Source: an uncultured Gammaproteobacteria bacterium | GTDB taxonomy: Bacteria > Patescibacteriota > Microgenomatia > Levybacterales > GWA1-39-11 | Assembly: GCA_964406795.1 (NCBI GenBank) | Contig: CAYOTA010000004.1 | Coordinates: 46,877 to 110,876, forward strand | Direction of reading: 5' to 3' | DNA length: 64,000 nt | Shown: in pieces, positions 50,464 to 60,319 of the stretch | Numbering within the stretch: position 1 is the stretch's first letter | How the letters are laid out: every line of letters begins with the position of its first letter | The notes under the pieces: model-generated | What the model was told of the DNA's origin: nothing | The model's database searches: none | The model's input: only the letters and a program-made list of their open reading frames with translations | Made by a program: the position numbers and the translations under genes

Positions 50464-52032
50464 CTACTCGTCCCCACCAGCGAAGCCATCCAGAAGCAGC
50501 GTCTCGATTGCAGCCGTCAGGTCATCCGATTTGTCGATTTCCTTCGGAATGCGCTCAATCACCTTGAGGATTGCCGCGCCGCGTTCGTGCGGGTCCTGAA
50601 TCTCCAGCGCCGCCTCGAACTCCTGCACCACCTCTTCGCCCTCCTTGCGCAGGACCTCCATGACGGTCTGCATTCCTTCGGACGACCGATTCTTGGCCAC
50701 ATTGTCGATGTCCTGATCCTCCGTCTGATCCTTGACCTTGCTCCAATCCTTCGCCGGCTCTTCGCGCTTGGCCAGCGGCATGTCCACCAGCTTCTCGGCA
50801 TCCGCCTCTTCGACATCCCACCCTGCCGACTTCAAGCCGGTCAGGACCTTGACCCCCTCCTCCTTTGACACCGGGCGGTTTCGTCGAATCGCCAGACGGA
50901 CCAACACCGGCTCCCCCGGGAACTGGCGTTGCAACGCCGGACGTCCGTGTTGCTCGTCCAACACCTCCGCGATCTCCATCCCCTCGGCATCCGCGATTTC
51001 ATCGAACGCATCCTGGTGCGCGCCGGTCGACCCCTGACCGATGCCGGTTGCATCCGTCAACATCGTCAACTTGCCGCCCGTTCCGGCCAACACCAAAGCC
51101 GTGTCCAAGTATTTGATAAGCGTTTCGAACGGAATGTTGTCCGACGCTTCGGGTCCGGTCACCAGCTTGCAGTGCGGTGGCAGAATGTACCTGCCGTTGC
51201 TGACGAAATTGTTGAGGATAGTTGTCCGCAACAGTTCGAACGTCCCTTGATCGGCTGCCGCATCAGGTCCGATCTCAACTCCCATGTTTGGAATTCCGAA
51301 CGTCGCTGCGTACGTTGCCCAATCCTTGATCCCCATGTTTTTGACGATGTACCGCGTGCAAGCCAATTCTCCGATGCTACCTTCCTGTTCACGAACGATC
51401 CAGTTATCCGATTCGATCTTGTCTCCCCTGTTGGTTTGAGTAGCGTTTGCGTTGTACCGCCACGACAGATCAGGCATTTCACGGCACAAGAACCATTGCT
51501 GTACCGGCTCAAGATGCTTCACGATCATCTTGCCATCTCGCATAGCCCAATGCTTCTCAAGATGCGCAAACGCCCGAAACGTCGCCATCCCAAGCCAGCA
51601 CCACGCTTGCCGTAAGTTGTCGATACTCCCGTACTCTGACTTCAGGAAGTCCCTTTGACGGTGAGCCATCGCCTTCGCCTCCGGATCTTGACTGACCTCG
51701 GGCGTCAGTTCGACCGACCACTCGCAGGCTCGCAAGGCCGAGATGCGGCGCGTCTTCAGCGCCAGCACCACGTCATCCCGTCGCTCGATGAAGCTGTAGA
51801 GCCACGTCAAATCCGCGTAGTAGCCCTGCATCGCCAGGTCGAGCAACGTGACCGCCCTAGCAATCGTCAGGCTTCGCAGCGGGTTCAGCGATTGCCGGTA
51901 CAGGCTGGCGGTCATGCTCTCATGCATGCCCAACTTGTCTGCCCACCGCCGCCGAAGGTCAATCCAAACGAAACCGGCGCCACCCCGAGCAATGAGGTGG
52001 CGCCGTGCAATGCAGGGTGCGACTTTTTCCAA
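50464..52032 (-). CDS. portal protein, DUF935 (Mu gp29-like)
   Basis: YADLTWLYSFIERRDDVV-type motif; probable true start is a downstream Met (MHESMTASLY). Confidence 0.65.
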   Translation of the reverse strand: MEKVAPCIARRHLIARGGAGFVWIDLRRRWADKLGMHESMTASLYRQSLNPLRSLTIARAVTLLDLAMQGYYADLTWLYSFIERRDDVVLALKTRRISALRACEWSVELTPEVSQDPEAKAMAHRQRDFLKSEYGSIDNLRQAWCWLGMATFRAFAHLEKHWAMRDGKMIVKHLEPVQQWFLCREMPDLSWRYNANATQTNRGDKIESDNWIVREQEGSIGELACTRYIVKNMGIKDWATYAATFGIPNMGVEIGPDAAADQGTFELLRTTILNNFVSNGRYILPPHCKLVTGPEASDNIPFETLIKYLDTALVLAGTGGKLTMLTDATGIGQGSTGAHQDAFDEIADAEGMEIAEVLDEQHGRPALQRQFPGEPVLVRLAIRRNRPVSKEEGVKVLTGLKSAGWDVEEADAEKLVDMPLAKREEPAKDWSKVKDQTEDQDIDNVAKNRSSEGMQTVMEVLRKEGEEVVQEFEAALEIQDPHERGAAILKVIERIPKEIDKSDDLTAAIETLLLDGFAGGDE

Positions 52033-52050
52033 TGCCTTTCGGCGAAATCT

Positions 52051-52127
52051 TGGGGGCGGGAGCCGGATTTGAACCGGCGGCCTGAACGTTATGAGCGTTC
52101 CGATCTACCAGGCTGATCTATCCCGCC
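52051..52127 (-). tRNA. tRNA-Met (anticodon CAT)
   Basis: Cloverleaf folded by hand: acceptor GGCGGGA/TCCCGCC, D stem GATC, anticodon stem GAACG/CGTTC with loop CTCATAA, T arm GCCGG-TTCAAAT-CCGGC, encoded CCA. Confidence 0.85.
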
Positions 52128-52136
52128 ACGAGCTTC

Positions 52137-52388
52137 CTACGCCTCCAACGTAGTCCCGTCAACACGCTTCCAACCGCGACGGTCGTATTCCCAACCCGCC
52201 AGCTTCTTGGCCATGAACGGAACGATGAACCAGCTCAAGCCTCCGGTGACCAGACCAAGCAACGCCACGAAAGCGGCGCATCTCCACAGGTCCCACTTCG
52301 CGAAGTAGAACGGGCCGAAGAAGAGCGTCCAACAGCCCGCCGATTCAAGTCGGTCGGTCTTTCCGGTTATCGGATTTTTCCATTCCAT
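52137..52388 (-). CDS. small membrane protein (83 aa, MEWKNPITGKTD)
   Basis: Hydrophobic segments WTLFFGPFYFAKW and AAFVALLGLVTGGLSWFIVPF. Confidence 0.45.
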   Translation of the reverse strand: MEWKNPITGKTDRLESAGCWTLFFGPFYFAKWDLWRCAAFVALLGLVTGGLSWFIVPFMAKKLAGWEYDRRGWKRVDGTTLEA

Positions 52389-52508
52389 GATTCGGTTCCT
52401 TCGTTCGCGGGATGAATCGGACGGCCTGACGGTTTTTTGTCTGAACCGACACCGGCACGAACCCGTTTCTCCACGCATGCTTAGGACTCGGAACGCTGGT
52501 GCTGTGTT

Positions 52509-53954
52509 TCATCCTTCGAGCGCCCTTTCCGGCGCTGTACTTCCAGACGATGCACCATCGGCGCTCCACGTCCAACCCTTTGCCATCACCCCGAACGCCC
52601 CCGAGAGCGTGTCCACCTGATCATCGTGCGCGCCTTGAGGGAAGGCATCGCACTCCCCGATGAACGCATCATTCCATTCGCCGCGCACCAGACGGACGCT
52701 CCCATGCTCCACCTGAGGCGAGACGAACTGCGCCCGTTCGACCTTGCCCGTCCTCGGCACCGGGTTGAACCTGAGTCCTAGATGCGGGAACGTGCGGAGG
52801 TAGTGCGATACCTCGACCTTCCCTGCCTGCCCAGGGTCGGTTTCCAGCCACGTCTCTACCTTCGACCCGTCCAGCTTTGCCGTCGCTTCAATCGTCGCCT
52901 CGACCTGCGCGGGTGTTCCGCGCATCCGTCGAACGTCCATTACCCACCACTGGCCGTTCTTGCCCTTCCCAAGCTTCAGCCCCGTCGTCCAATCGGGGTC
53001 GGTGTTCTTCTTCGTCACGTCCGAGGCTGCCCGGTCCCAATACCTCACCACCCTGACGAGACCTGCCGGCGCCGCGTCGTCGATCCGCCACCAGTCGCGC
53101 TTCAGGATCATGCCAGCCGTTGCCCTGACCGACCAATCTCCAAGCTCAAGCTGTTGCCGAAGCACGTGCCCCAGTCCGCGGAGCCTCGTCAGATACGTTG
53201 GATCGGTCTTCAGCAGCGGCGCGTTGTCGGTCAGCAGCGCCGGAATGAACGTCACGCTCGTTGCCGAGTTTGGCCCGTGATTCCGTTCCGCCTCATCCTT
53301 CGTCGCGTACCACAGAAACTCATCTCGCTCGCGCACCATCCACCGGAGCACACCGGCCTTTGACCGGTCCGGAAATCGTCCTTCGTCATCCAGCCACCAG
53401 CGGATAAAGCCCTTCACCCAGCTCTCGCTGTCGGCATTACAGGTCGCCCGCATCGTCCCCGGGATGCCAGTCGTCGAACGGTTGCGGGAGAGCATGTACA
53501 GGAATTGCTCCCGCGTGAAGTGCGTCAGCTCATCGAACGCAATAAGCGGCACCTGACTGCCCTGCAACGCCCCGAGCGCCGCGTCGTCCTCCAAGTGCCG
53601 AAAGGATACCGTGAACCCGTTCGGCCAGCGCCAGATTTTCTTCCCCGGGTAACCGGTCCCGCCCGCCCACGGATAGAGCTTCACCGACGAATCCCAAAGC
53701 CCACCCGGGAGCGTTATCTGCGCCCCCACCCGTCGAAAGATCAGGCAATCGAAGTTCGGAACGTTCCTTCGCTTCAGCGGATCTAGAAGCAGTCCGAAAG
53801 TTTTTCCTCCACCGGCGCTTCCTCCATAGATCGCGATATCAGCGGCGGTCCGTAGAAACTCGTACTGCGGTCCGGGGTTCGGCTGGATCTTGATCGGGTT
53901 CGGCATTGATCGGCTCGATAATGAACTTCTGGATGTTTCGATAGGCTTCCGCAT
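52509..53954 (-). CDS. terL: terminase large subunit
   Basis: Walker A GGSAGGGKT, Walker B IAFDELTHF, C-terminal nuclease motif AHDDQVD. Confidence 0.85.
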   Translation of the reverse strand: MRKPIETSRSSLSSRSMPNPIKIQPNPGPQYEFLRTAADIAIYGGSAGGGKTFGLLLDPLKRRNVPNFDCLIFRRVGAQITLPGGLWDSSVKLYPWAGGTGYPGKKIWRWPNGFTVSFRHLEDDAALGALQGSQVPLIAFDELTHFTREQFLYMLSRNRSTTGIPGTMRATCNADSESWVKGFIRWWLDDEGRFPDRSKAGVLRWMVRERDEFLWYATKDEAERNHGPNSATSVTFIPALLTDNAPLLKTDPTYLTRLRGLGHVLRQQLELGDWSVRATAGMILKRDWWRIDDAAPAGLVRVVRYWDRAASDVTKKNTDPDWTTGLKLGKGKNGQWWVMDVRRMRGTPAQVEATIEATAKLDGSKVETWLETDPGQAGKVEVSHYLRTFPHLGLRFNPVPRTGKVERAQFVSPQVEHGSVRLVRGEWNDAFIGECDAFPQGAHDDQVDTLSGAFGVMAKGWTWSADGASSGSTAPERALEG

Positions 53955-54074
53955 GCACCGCGCACACCGGCATCTTGTGGCGCCCAGGTAAGCTTACCAA
54001 ATTCGTTGCCTCACGCCGACACGGCGATTGTCCAGAGTGATGCCACTCGCACGATGCTCCGTTTGTTATCACGA
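53839..54074 (-). CDS. HNH endonuclease C-terminal fragment (GTG start)
   Basis: CEWHHSGQSPCRREATNLVSLPGRHKMPVCAVH fits HH...N...C..H; surrounded by frame-shifted ORFs. Confidence 0.35.
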
Positions 54075-54558
54075 CAATGGTCGGCTATTGAGGGTTCGGC
54101 TGCTGGTACGACCAGCAGGCTCGGGCCGTGGTCGGAATGAACGTCGCAAGACGACCAACGCGCATTCCGTCCCCGTCTCCCAATTGCACCCATTCGCCAC
54201 GGAATCGCCAGTACACGGTACCCGAGCCTCGGTGGCGCCGCGCTGCACAACATCCGGAATCTCCGTGGAAGACCACGGAGCCGGGCTGGTAGAACAGCCA
54301 ATCCAACAGCATGCACAGGTACCATCGCGGGCGTCAGCCACTCGCGAAGGTCCTCGGGGTTGTCCGCGACCGTAGTGCCATACTTGGCAATGCCCTTCTG
54401 CTGCCGCGCGGCAATGTCAGCGCAGACTTGGGCTTCAATGCCGGTCGGTGCTGGTGTGGTGCTCATGGCGCCTCCTCCTTCCTGACCGCGAACATACTCG
54501 GGTTTCCGTGTCCGCCGCCTTCGTGGACGATCTCCAACAGTCCACGCTCAACCATGCG

Positions 54559-54780
54559 TCACATGACCGTGTTGGCGGTGTGCGGCAGGATTCCGAGAGC
54601 GCGGGCGACGCTGCGGTAGTTCGCCGCGCCGTGAGACGTGAGCCAAGCGAGGATGCGGCGGGAGGTGCCTTTGCAGGACGCGAACGTGCGGGGTGCCTTC
54701 GGTTCCGGCGGCTTCGGCGCCGCGGGTGGGCAGAACTTCACGGCCATGGCGCGAACTCGGTCGGGGTTGATTGGACTCAT
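54559..54780 (-). CDS. small winged-helix-like protein (73 aa)
   Basis: RRILAWLTSHGAANYRSVARALGI; ATGA overlap. Confidence 0.4.
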   Translation of the reverse strand: MSPINPDRVRAMAVKFCPPAAPKPPEPKAPRTFASCKGTSRRILAWLTSHGAANYRSVARALGILPHTANTVM

Positions 54781-54965
54781 CGAATACCCTCCATCTTCGC
54801 CATCGCCAATCGCGCTCCATGATTGTTGTGCTCGCGAAAGGTCTTCGGCTTCCCATCCTTGAACCGACCGGCACGCTCAAGCTCCTGAATTCGCATTCGA
54901 ATCAATTGCGCCTCCCTGGGTTTCCTTGGCGCTCGCGTTTTCACCACCTTTGCCTTGGCGCTCAC
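54777..54965 (-). CDS. small basic protein (62 aa)
   Basis: ATGA overlap with terS stop. Confidence 0.4.
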   Translation of the reverse strand: MSAKAKVVKTRAPRKPREAQLIRMRIQELERAGRFKDGKPKTFREHNNHGARLAMAKMEGIR

Positions 54966-55444
54966 TTTTTTTCCTCCCCGGTCTTCGCCTCGGGCGTCCC
55001 ATACTTCTCCGCCAGCTCGAAAAACCGATCTTGCGGAAGGAGGATCACCGCCCCCTGGGCCGCCACCGCCGGCACAATCGGCGCCCCGTCGGCCCCCGTG
55101 TGCTCCAGCCGGTAGTTGTCCCGGAACTTCGCCGGTCGCCTGCCCTTCAGCAGGAAGATCAAGAGCGTATCGCTAGGGTCGGCCTCCCGTGTCGCCCTCT
55201 GGACCGCCACCGCCTCCAGATAGTCCGCCGCCTCTTCGCCAGCCGCATCCACCTCTGCTTTGAAATCAGGGTTTCGCAGTATCGCCATGTTGACCGTCTG
55301 CCGATTCACACCCGCCGCTTTCGCCGAGACGGTTACGATACCGGTCTTGCGAAACGCCTCCAGAAACGCCGCTCGCCACGGTTTTGCTCGATGCCTTCTT
55401 TTAGTGGCCACCTTTGGCACCTCTTCGCTCGCATTCTTCTCCAT
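54962..55444 (-). CDS. terS: terminase small subunit
   Basis: N-terminal HTH FLEAFRKTGIVTVSAKAAGVNRQTVN, typical of TerS. Confidence 0.6.
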   Translation of the reverse strand: MEKNASEEVPKVATKRRHRAKPWRAAFLEAFRKTGIVTVSAKAAGVNRQTVNMAILRNPDFKAEVDAAGEEAADYLEAVAVQRATREADPSDTLLIFLLKGRRPAKFRDNYRLEHTGADGAPIVPAVAAQGAVILLPQDRFFELAEKYGTPEAKTGEEKK

Positions 55445-55447
55445 AAG

Positions 55448-56110
55448 CTACGCCTTTCGCATGTTCTTCGGCAGTTCGTCGCCCACAATCGTCTTTTTGA
55501 ATCCAACGTTGGCGGCGACGTGAAACACAACAATTCCTTCCGGATTTTGGTAACCGGGTGCAGCTCGACTGCCATTCTTCCACAACTCGTCCAACGCCAG
55601 GTCGCATGCGGCGGTCGTGAACGGTCCACGGTACAGCACCGGAACCACGCCGCAGCATCGCGGACATCGCTCCTGATACTTTTCCACCCGTAGATCGACC
55701 GATTGGATGCGCTGCGGTTCTTCGCCATGCCCGCACCATCTGGCGACGTTGAACAGGCTCCATCGCTTCTCGCCATTCATCAGTCCATAGCCCCTTTGAA
55801 TTCCGCTGCCCCACCACTCGCCGAAGTGTCGTCCCTCTCCGAGCGCCATCAGTTCATCGCCGTGCCGTTCCGCCCAAGCGGCAAATCCGAAGTTATCCTG
55901 CTCCTTGGTCAACCACCTGTTCCGACTTCCGGCCCACAACGCCAATCCGTTTGCTCTGAACAACGCGCCATCCGCAGGCTTGTCCTCCATCGATTGGATC
56001 AATACATGCGCGTTCGTGCCGTCGATCTTCTCGGTGATTATCACGTCCCGCGATAGTCGCGGCATTTTCGGGAACTCTTTGAACTCCGGTAGTATTGCTT
56101 TCGTTTCCAT
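55448..56110 (-). CDS. RNA ligase, Rnl2-like nucleotidyltransferase
   Basis: Motif I EKIDGTN matches the T4 Rnl2 EKIHGTN lysine-adenylate motif. Confidence 0.6.
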   Translation of the reverse strand: METKAILPEFKEFPKMPRLSRDVIITEKIDGTNAHVLIQSMEDKPADGALFRANGLALWAGSRNRWLTKEQDNFGFAAWAERHGDELMALGEGRHFGEWWGSGIQRGYGLMNGEKRWSLFNVARWCGHGEEPQRIQSVDLRVEKYQERCPRCCGVVPVLYRGPFTTAACDLALDELWKNGSRAAPGYQNPEGIVVFHVAANVGFKKTIVGDELPKNMRKA

Positions 56111-56129
56111 TTCGTCTTCGATTGTTTGC

Positions 56130-56522
56130 TCAGCTTCCGTGTTTGGCAACCTCTGCATCGTCGTACAGGTTGAACGCCGTCGCGCCGTCCCGCAACAACT
56201 TGGTCCGTTCGAACACGCCTTGAACCGCCGACTCGCCGAGGATGCGCTCGACCCCCATGCTCACCGCCCGATAGCCGAAGCCTTGTAGCCTCCGATATTC
56301 GTTGGGCGTGAACCACCGTTGCAGTTGCGCGACCGTCCGGCATCCGCACCCAAGACTCATTTCGTAGCGGTGCCGGCTCAGCACGTCCGGGAACTCCTCG
56401 AACATCGGACGCAGGTTTTCGTGGTCTGGCCGTTCATCGATCCACAGCAATCCCATGCCCGGGCGCCATGGGCCGCGTCCTTCGGCATCCTGCACGCGGT
56501 AAATGATGACCGGCTCGCTCAT
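56130..56522 (-). CDS. hypothetical protein (130 aa)
   Basis: ATGA overlap. Confidence 0.45.
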   Translation of the reverse strand: MSEPVIIYRVQDAEGRGPWRPGMGLLWIDERPDHENLRPMFEEFPDVLSRHRYEMSLGCGCRTVAQLQRWFTPNEYRRLQGFGYRAVSMGVERILGESAVQGVFERTKLLRDGATAFNLYDDAEVAKHGS

Positions 56523-57322
56523 GCGAACAGCGTTTCCCGCGGCTGGCCAGCGACCTTCCGCGGGGTCGGGAACTTACGCACCGTCTGCCCGTCCAGGGTC
56601 GTCCCCATCTCGGTCCGGATCGCCGCCGATTGCTTGAAGAAATAGGCCACACCCTGCGCCTCGCACGCCCGCCGCATCGACCGTGCCCACTCAAGATCCA
56701 TCGGACGATAGCCACGCCCGCTCTCCCCTCCCTGGATCACCCAATCGATTCCGCGAAGGGCGAGCGTGTCGTGGATCGGTCCCAGGGCCGGCTCGTAGCT
56801 GATGAACCGCACAACCGCCGGGATGGTTCGGAGTTCGTCCGCCCGCCAGCATCCCTTCTCCTCCGCGATGCTCACCCCAAGCCAGACATTCGGGTAGCCC
56901 TTTCCCCAGTCCTCCGGAAGGCATCGCGCTATCCGATCCGCCCGCTTGGTCAGGATCTGCCAGTGAAGGTTCGGGGTCGCCCTGATCAACGGCCAAAGCT
57001 TGGCCCGTTCCTCATCGATGGTCGGGTGATCCTCGAACACGTCGCACATCGAAGAGGTGAACACCAGCGGCGGATGGCCGTCGCCCATCACAGACACGGT
57101 CTTGCCCGCCGCCGCGTCCCGGTCCCACTTCAGCGGTTCCGCCCAGTGCTTCTCGCCGAATACACGCCGCCGCTTGTTCTTCCCCCAGATGTCCAACCCT
57201 TGCCGCCCGGTCGCGAAGGCTTCGGCGTAGCAGTTCGCACACCCAGGATCGATCTTCGTGCAGCCCCACGCAATGTTGTGCGTGTGGTTTGTCCAAGCGA
57301 TGATGGTCTTGTCTCCCATGGT
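56519..57322 (-). CDS. phage Gp37/Gp68 family protein
   Basis: N-terminus IAWTNHTHNIAWGCTKIDPGCANCYAEA. Confidence 0.75.
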   Translation of the reverse strand, partial: TMGDKTIIAWTNHTHNIAWGCTKIDPGCANCYAEAFATGRQGLDIWGKNKRRRVFGEKHWAEPLKWDRDAAAGKTVSVMGDGHPPLVFTSSMCDVFEDHPTIDEERAKLWPLIRATPNLHWQILTKRADRIARCLPEDWGKGYPNVWLGVSIAEEKGCWRADELRTIPAVVRFISYEPALGPIHDTLALRGIDWVIQGGESGRGYRPMDLEWARSMRRACEAQGVAYFFKQSAAIRTEMGTTLDGQTVRKFPTPRKVAGQPRETLFA

Positions 57323-57382
57323 ATTGATTCGATGATGGTTTGAAAAAGTGGCCCCACCTGGGGCCACCGTTTGTTCACTTGT

Positions 57383-58351
57383 TCAGTTCGCCGCCTTGGC
57401 GATATCGAGCGCCACCTCGAACGCCCGTTGCTTCAGCCTTGCCCCGCCTCCGTCCACGAGGTATCCAAGATCCGCCTTCGTTCGGTTGTGATCCACGTAC
57501 TCGGTCACCGCGTTGTAGGCTCCCAAAAGGGTACCGCGGACGCCCTTGATGTCGTGGCCAACCCCGGTCTCGTTCATCTTCTCCACCTCCGCCACGCGGT
57601 TACGGGTCACCGGGTGCAGATCCTCAAGCTTCGCACCAGCCTCGCGCTCCGGCGCCACCACGTCCAACACGTAGGACCGCAGAGTCGCCGCCTTGAGCTT
57701 CGTCGTCGCGAAGGCCCGGAAGTTCGCTGCCGCCTCGTCGAAGTACACGCCCGCCGCCTTGAGGAGTTTGCCAGCAATCTCGAGCTTGGCCGAGACGTTC
57801 CCAATGTGCTGCACCCTTACCTCCGACTGCGTTCCGGCCATCGCGAGGCTCAACGTGTTCTGGCACACCACGCGGACCGGCGTGAACCGGGCGCGAACCG
57901 GCTCGTTGGTGTCGAATCCGTTCGTCAACAGCAGGTACCGGTTGACGCTGTCGCCTTTCAACGCCTCGAATTCACCCGGTAGCTTTGCAAGCATCCAGAC
58001 CCGTTCCCCGGCCCCGAGCGCCCCGGCGACCTCGTATCGCGCCTTGTCCCGACCGAACACGCCATCGAAGAAACTGAACGCCTCACGGTTCTGCAAGGGC
58101 CGGTACATGCCGGCGCAGATTCCAAGGACTGCCCTGGTGTCGGTCCGGCGAAGCGCGTACCGGTCGTTGATGCTGTCGCCGTCAATGGTCTGGACTGCGA
58201 CCTTTTCCACCGTGTAGTCGAGTCCACCGTGCCGAAGAGCTTCCGCCGCCGTGAAGGCTTCAGGAAGAGCGGTGCCGAGGCGATGCCAAGGGGTTTGACC
58301 GGTCCAAACGATGGAGTCCTTGCCGCCCGTCCGATTGATGTTGTGTGCCAT
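57383..58351 (-). CDS. DUF932 (phage/plasmid-related) protein
   Basis: N-terminus MAHNINRTGGKDSIVWTGQTPWHRLGT. Confidence 0.5.
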   Translation of the reverse strand: MAHNINRTGGKDSIVWTGQTPWHRLGTALPEAFTAAEALRHGGLDYTVEKVAVQTIDGDSINDRYALRRTDTRAVLGICAGMYRPLQNREAFSFFDGVFGRDKARYEVAGALGAGERVWMLAKLPGEFEALKGDSVNRYLLLTNGFDTNEPVRARFTPVRVVCQNTLSLAMAGTQSEVRVQHIGNVSAKLEIAGKLLKAAGVYFDEAAANFRAFATTKLKAATLRSYVLDVVAPEREAGAKLEDLHPVTRNRVAEVEKMNETGVGHDIKGVRGTLLGAYNAVTEYVDHNRTKADLGYLVDGGGARLKQRAFEVALDIAKAAN

Positions 58352-58431
58352 ATTCGTTTCGTTTCCTGTCTGTCGCCGGGGTTCCGGTCGACGTGTTGAA
58401 TATGCCGAACAACATCCTCCAACGCAACACT

Positions 58432-59013
58432 TTATTTCGCAAATCGATTCATCCTGATCCCCAGGTATCGGGCATTCCGCTGCGGGAACGCCTCGACGAT
58501 TTCCGTTGCCGTCAAGCCGTTGGCCTGCGCCTCGCCGACCGCGAAATCGATTGCTCGTTCGCCGAGTTTGACGCCCAACGAATTCGGAATCTTGAGCGCG
58601 TGGAATTTGCAGCCAGCCATCTGCATCACAGCGCGATCATAATTTCCAACTCCGATGCGAACCATCCCGATGGTTACGAACACCGTCAGCGCCTCACCTC
58701 CGAACGTCCGAACCAGATGACACCAGTGCTTCCACGGCGAGCCGTAGGCGTCCAAATCCACCACGTCCGCCTTCCATCCACGTTGCTCAAGGATGCGCGC
58801 CGAATCAATCTTGAGCCGTCCCGCTTTCGGCTTCACGTCCACACCCCAGTATCCGGCCAGCCTAAACTCGGTGCGAAGCTGTCCCCACAACAGGCCAGAT
58901 CCCTGGAAGCAATCGAGCACCATCGGCGGTTGTTCCACGTGGAACATTTGTAGGAAGTGCCTCCGAAGCGCGAGTTTCACCTCCGGGTTGTGGTTGTCGG
59001 TCTTGGCGCTCAT
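58432..59013 (-). CDS. class I SAM-dependent methyltransferase-like protein
   Basis: Motif I VLDCFQGSGLL and degenerate motif IV DVVDLDAYGSPW. Confidence 0.4.
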   Translation of the reverse strand: MSAKTDNHNPEVKLALRRHFLQMFHVEQPPMVLDCFQGSGLLWGQLRTEFRLAGYWGVDVKPKAGRLKIDSARILEQRGWKADVVDLDAYGSPWKHWCHLVRTFGGEALTVFVTIGMVRIGVGNYDRAVMQMAGCKFHALKIPNSLGVKLGERAIDFAVGEAQANGLTATEIVEAFPQRNARYLGIRMNRFAK

Positions 59014-59693
59014 GCGCTGGTGATCGTCGTTTCGACCATTGCCCCGGGTAGCGCCGCGATCCGTTCGACCGCCTCATTAATCTCGCCAAACCGCACCGTC
59101 GGAATTCCGATCAACACCCATGCCATAGCCGGCGCCGCTTGTGGCTTGATCGCCTTCAACTCCACCTTGCCTTGCACCTCCTCCTGCAAGTCTCCCATCA
59201 GTTCGTCCAACTTCAGTCCAGCGAACAGCTCTCCCGTCTCGATCTTCATCGTCTCCAACATCGCAACCACACCGTCCGTCCAGTCGCCTTGGATCTCCGG
59301 GTTGTTGGCCGTCAGCATCGCCGCCTGATGTCGTTGCTCGTCCCAATCGACGAACCGCACGTTCCACGACCCGTTGAGCGTCACGATCCGACCGTTGCCG
59401 TCGTCGTCCCGGGTGATCTCAAGATCGTCCCCGTACTTCGTCTTGAGCGCCTCGACCCGCTGATGGCCGGCCACGAGGCAACCAAGCCTCAGGTTGTAGA
59501 CGATGCCGCTGATGTCGCCGAACTCGATCACCGATGCCGTCAGGCCACCCAGCGCATCAGCCGTGATCGTTCGCGGGTTGAACTCCGCGGCCTTCAAGTC
59601 GCCTATGGTCTTCAGTTCCGTTCCGGTCTTCGTTCGTCGCTTCACGTTCGTTCCTGTCCGAACCCGGCGCCAAGCCTCTTGGTCGCCGGGCAT
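59010..59693 (-). CDS. ParB-like nuclease domain protein
   Basis: NPRTITADALGGLTASVIEFGDISGIVYN...LVAGHQRVEAL. Confidence 0.6.
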   Translation of the reverse strand: MPGDQEAWRRVRTGTNVKRRTKTGTELKTIGDLKAAEFNPRTITADALGGLTASVIEFGDISGIVYNLRLGCLVAGHQRVEALKTKYGDDLEITRDDDGNGRIVTLNGSWNVRFVDWDEQRHQAAMLTANNPEIQGDWTDGVVAMLETMKIETGELFAGLKLDELMGDLQEEVQGKVELKAIKPQAAPAMAWVLIGIPTVRFGEINEAVERIAALPGAMVETTITSA

Positions 59694-59727
59694 GATTCAC
59701 CGCTGCCCGCGGGGTCAATGCCCCATC

Positions 59728-60024
59728 CTACTCCCGCCAGACGCCCACCATGTTCTCGCCCGCCTCCGGTGCCGGTCGCACGATGACCTTCACACCCAGC
59801 GCCTTGGCCGCGTGCCGGAATGCCTGGGCCTTTCGGACGGTCGTCACCACCGAATCGCCGCTAAACATCTTCGCCAGCGCCTCCTTGGCCTTGGACCGCC
59901 GATTGGCGCCCCGTGGGGGAATCGCGATTCCGGACCGAATCTCGAATCCTTGATCCGCCGAAGTGTCGGTCACCGGTTGCGAAGCCGATTGATCTTTGTT
60001 CTTTCGATTTGCTTTGGTTTTCAT
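59728..60024 (-). CDS. hypothetical protein (98 aa)
   Basis: Clean ORF. Confidence 0.45.
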   Translation of the reverse strand: MKTKANRKNKDQSASQPVTDTSADQGFEIRSGIAIPPRGANRRSKAKEALAKMFSGDSVVTTVRKAQAFRHAAKALGVKVIVRPAPEAGENMVGVWRE

Positions 60025-60070
60025 AGTGCGCTTTTCGCGTCTCGAACGTCTCGCTTTTTGTCGTTCGTGT

Positions 60071-60319
60071 CTAGCTCGTTTTCTTTCTGATTTTGCGAAT
60101 CCACTCCCGGCGATAAGCCAATCGATGAAGCCTCTGTAACGACCTCGCCTGCTCCGTATCGGCCCAACGTCGTCCCCTTCCTTGCAGCTCAGTGCAACAC
60201 CTCAGCTCCAGTGCCTTGGCCAAAATCTCGTCGGCGGTCATGATACTCGTCACCGTCGGATTGGCCGTCGCCTTTGCCTTGCCGCGCATCGCCTTCTTCA
60301 TATCAATTTCCTGTTTCAT
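60071..60319 (-). CDS. hypothetical protein (82 aa)
   Basis: ATGA overlap. Confidence 0.45.
   Translation of the reverse strand: MKQEIDMKKAMRGKAKATANPTVTSIMTADEILAKALELRCCTELQGRGRRWADTEQARSLQRLHRLAYRREWIRKIRKKTS

Noticed and set aside
54011-54466. 151-aa ORF MSTTPAPTG...
   Set aside because: Only the first ~45 residues look protein-like. The remainder is overlapped by two other frames with better local sequence, so it is treated as part of a frame-shifted region rather than a gene.
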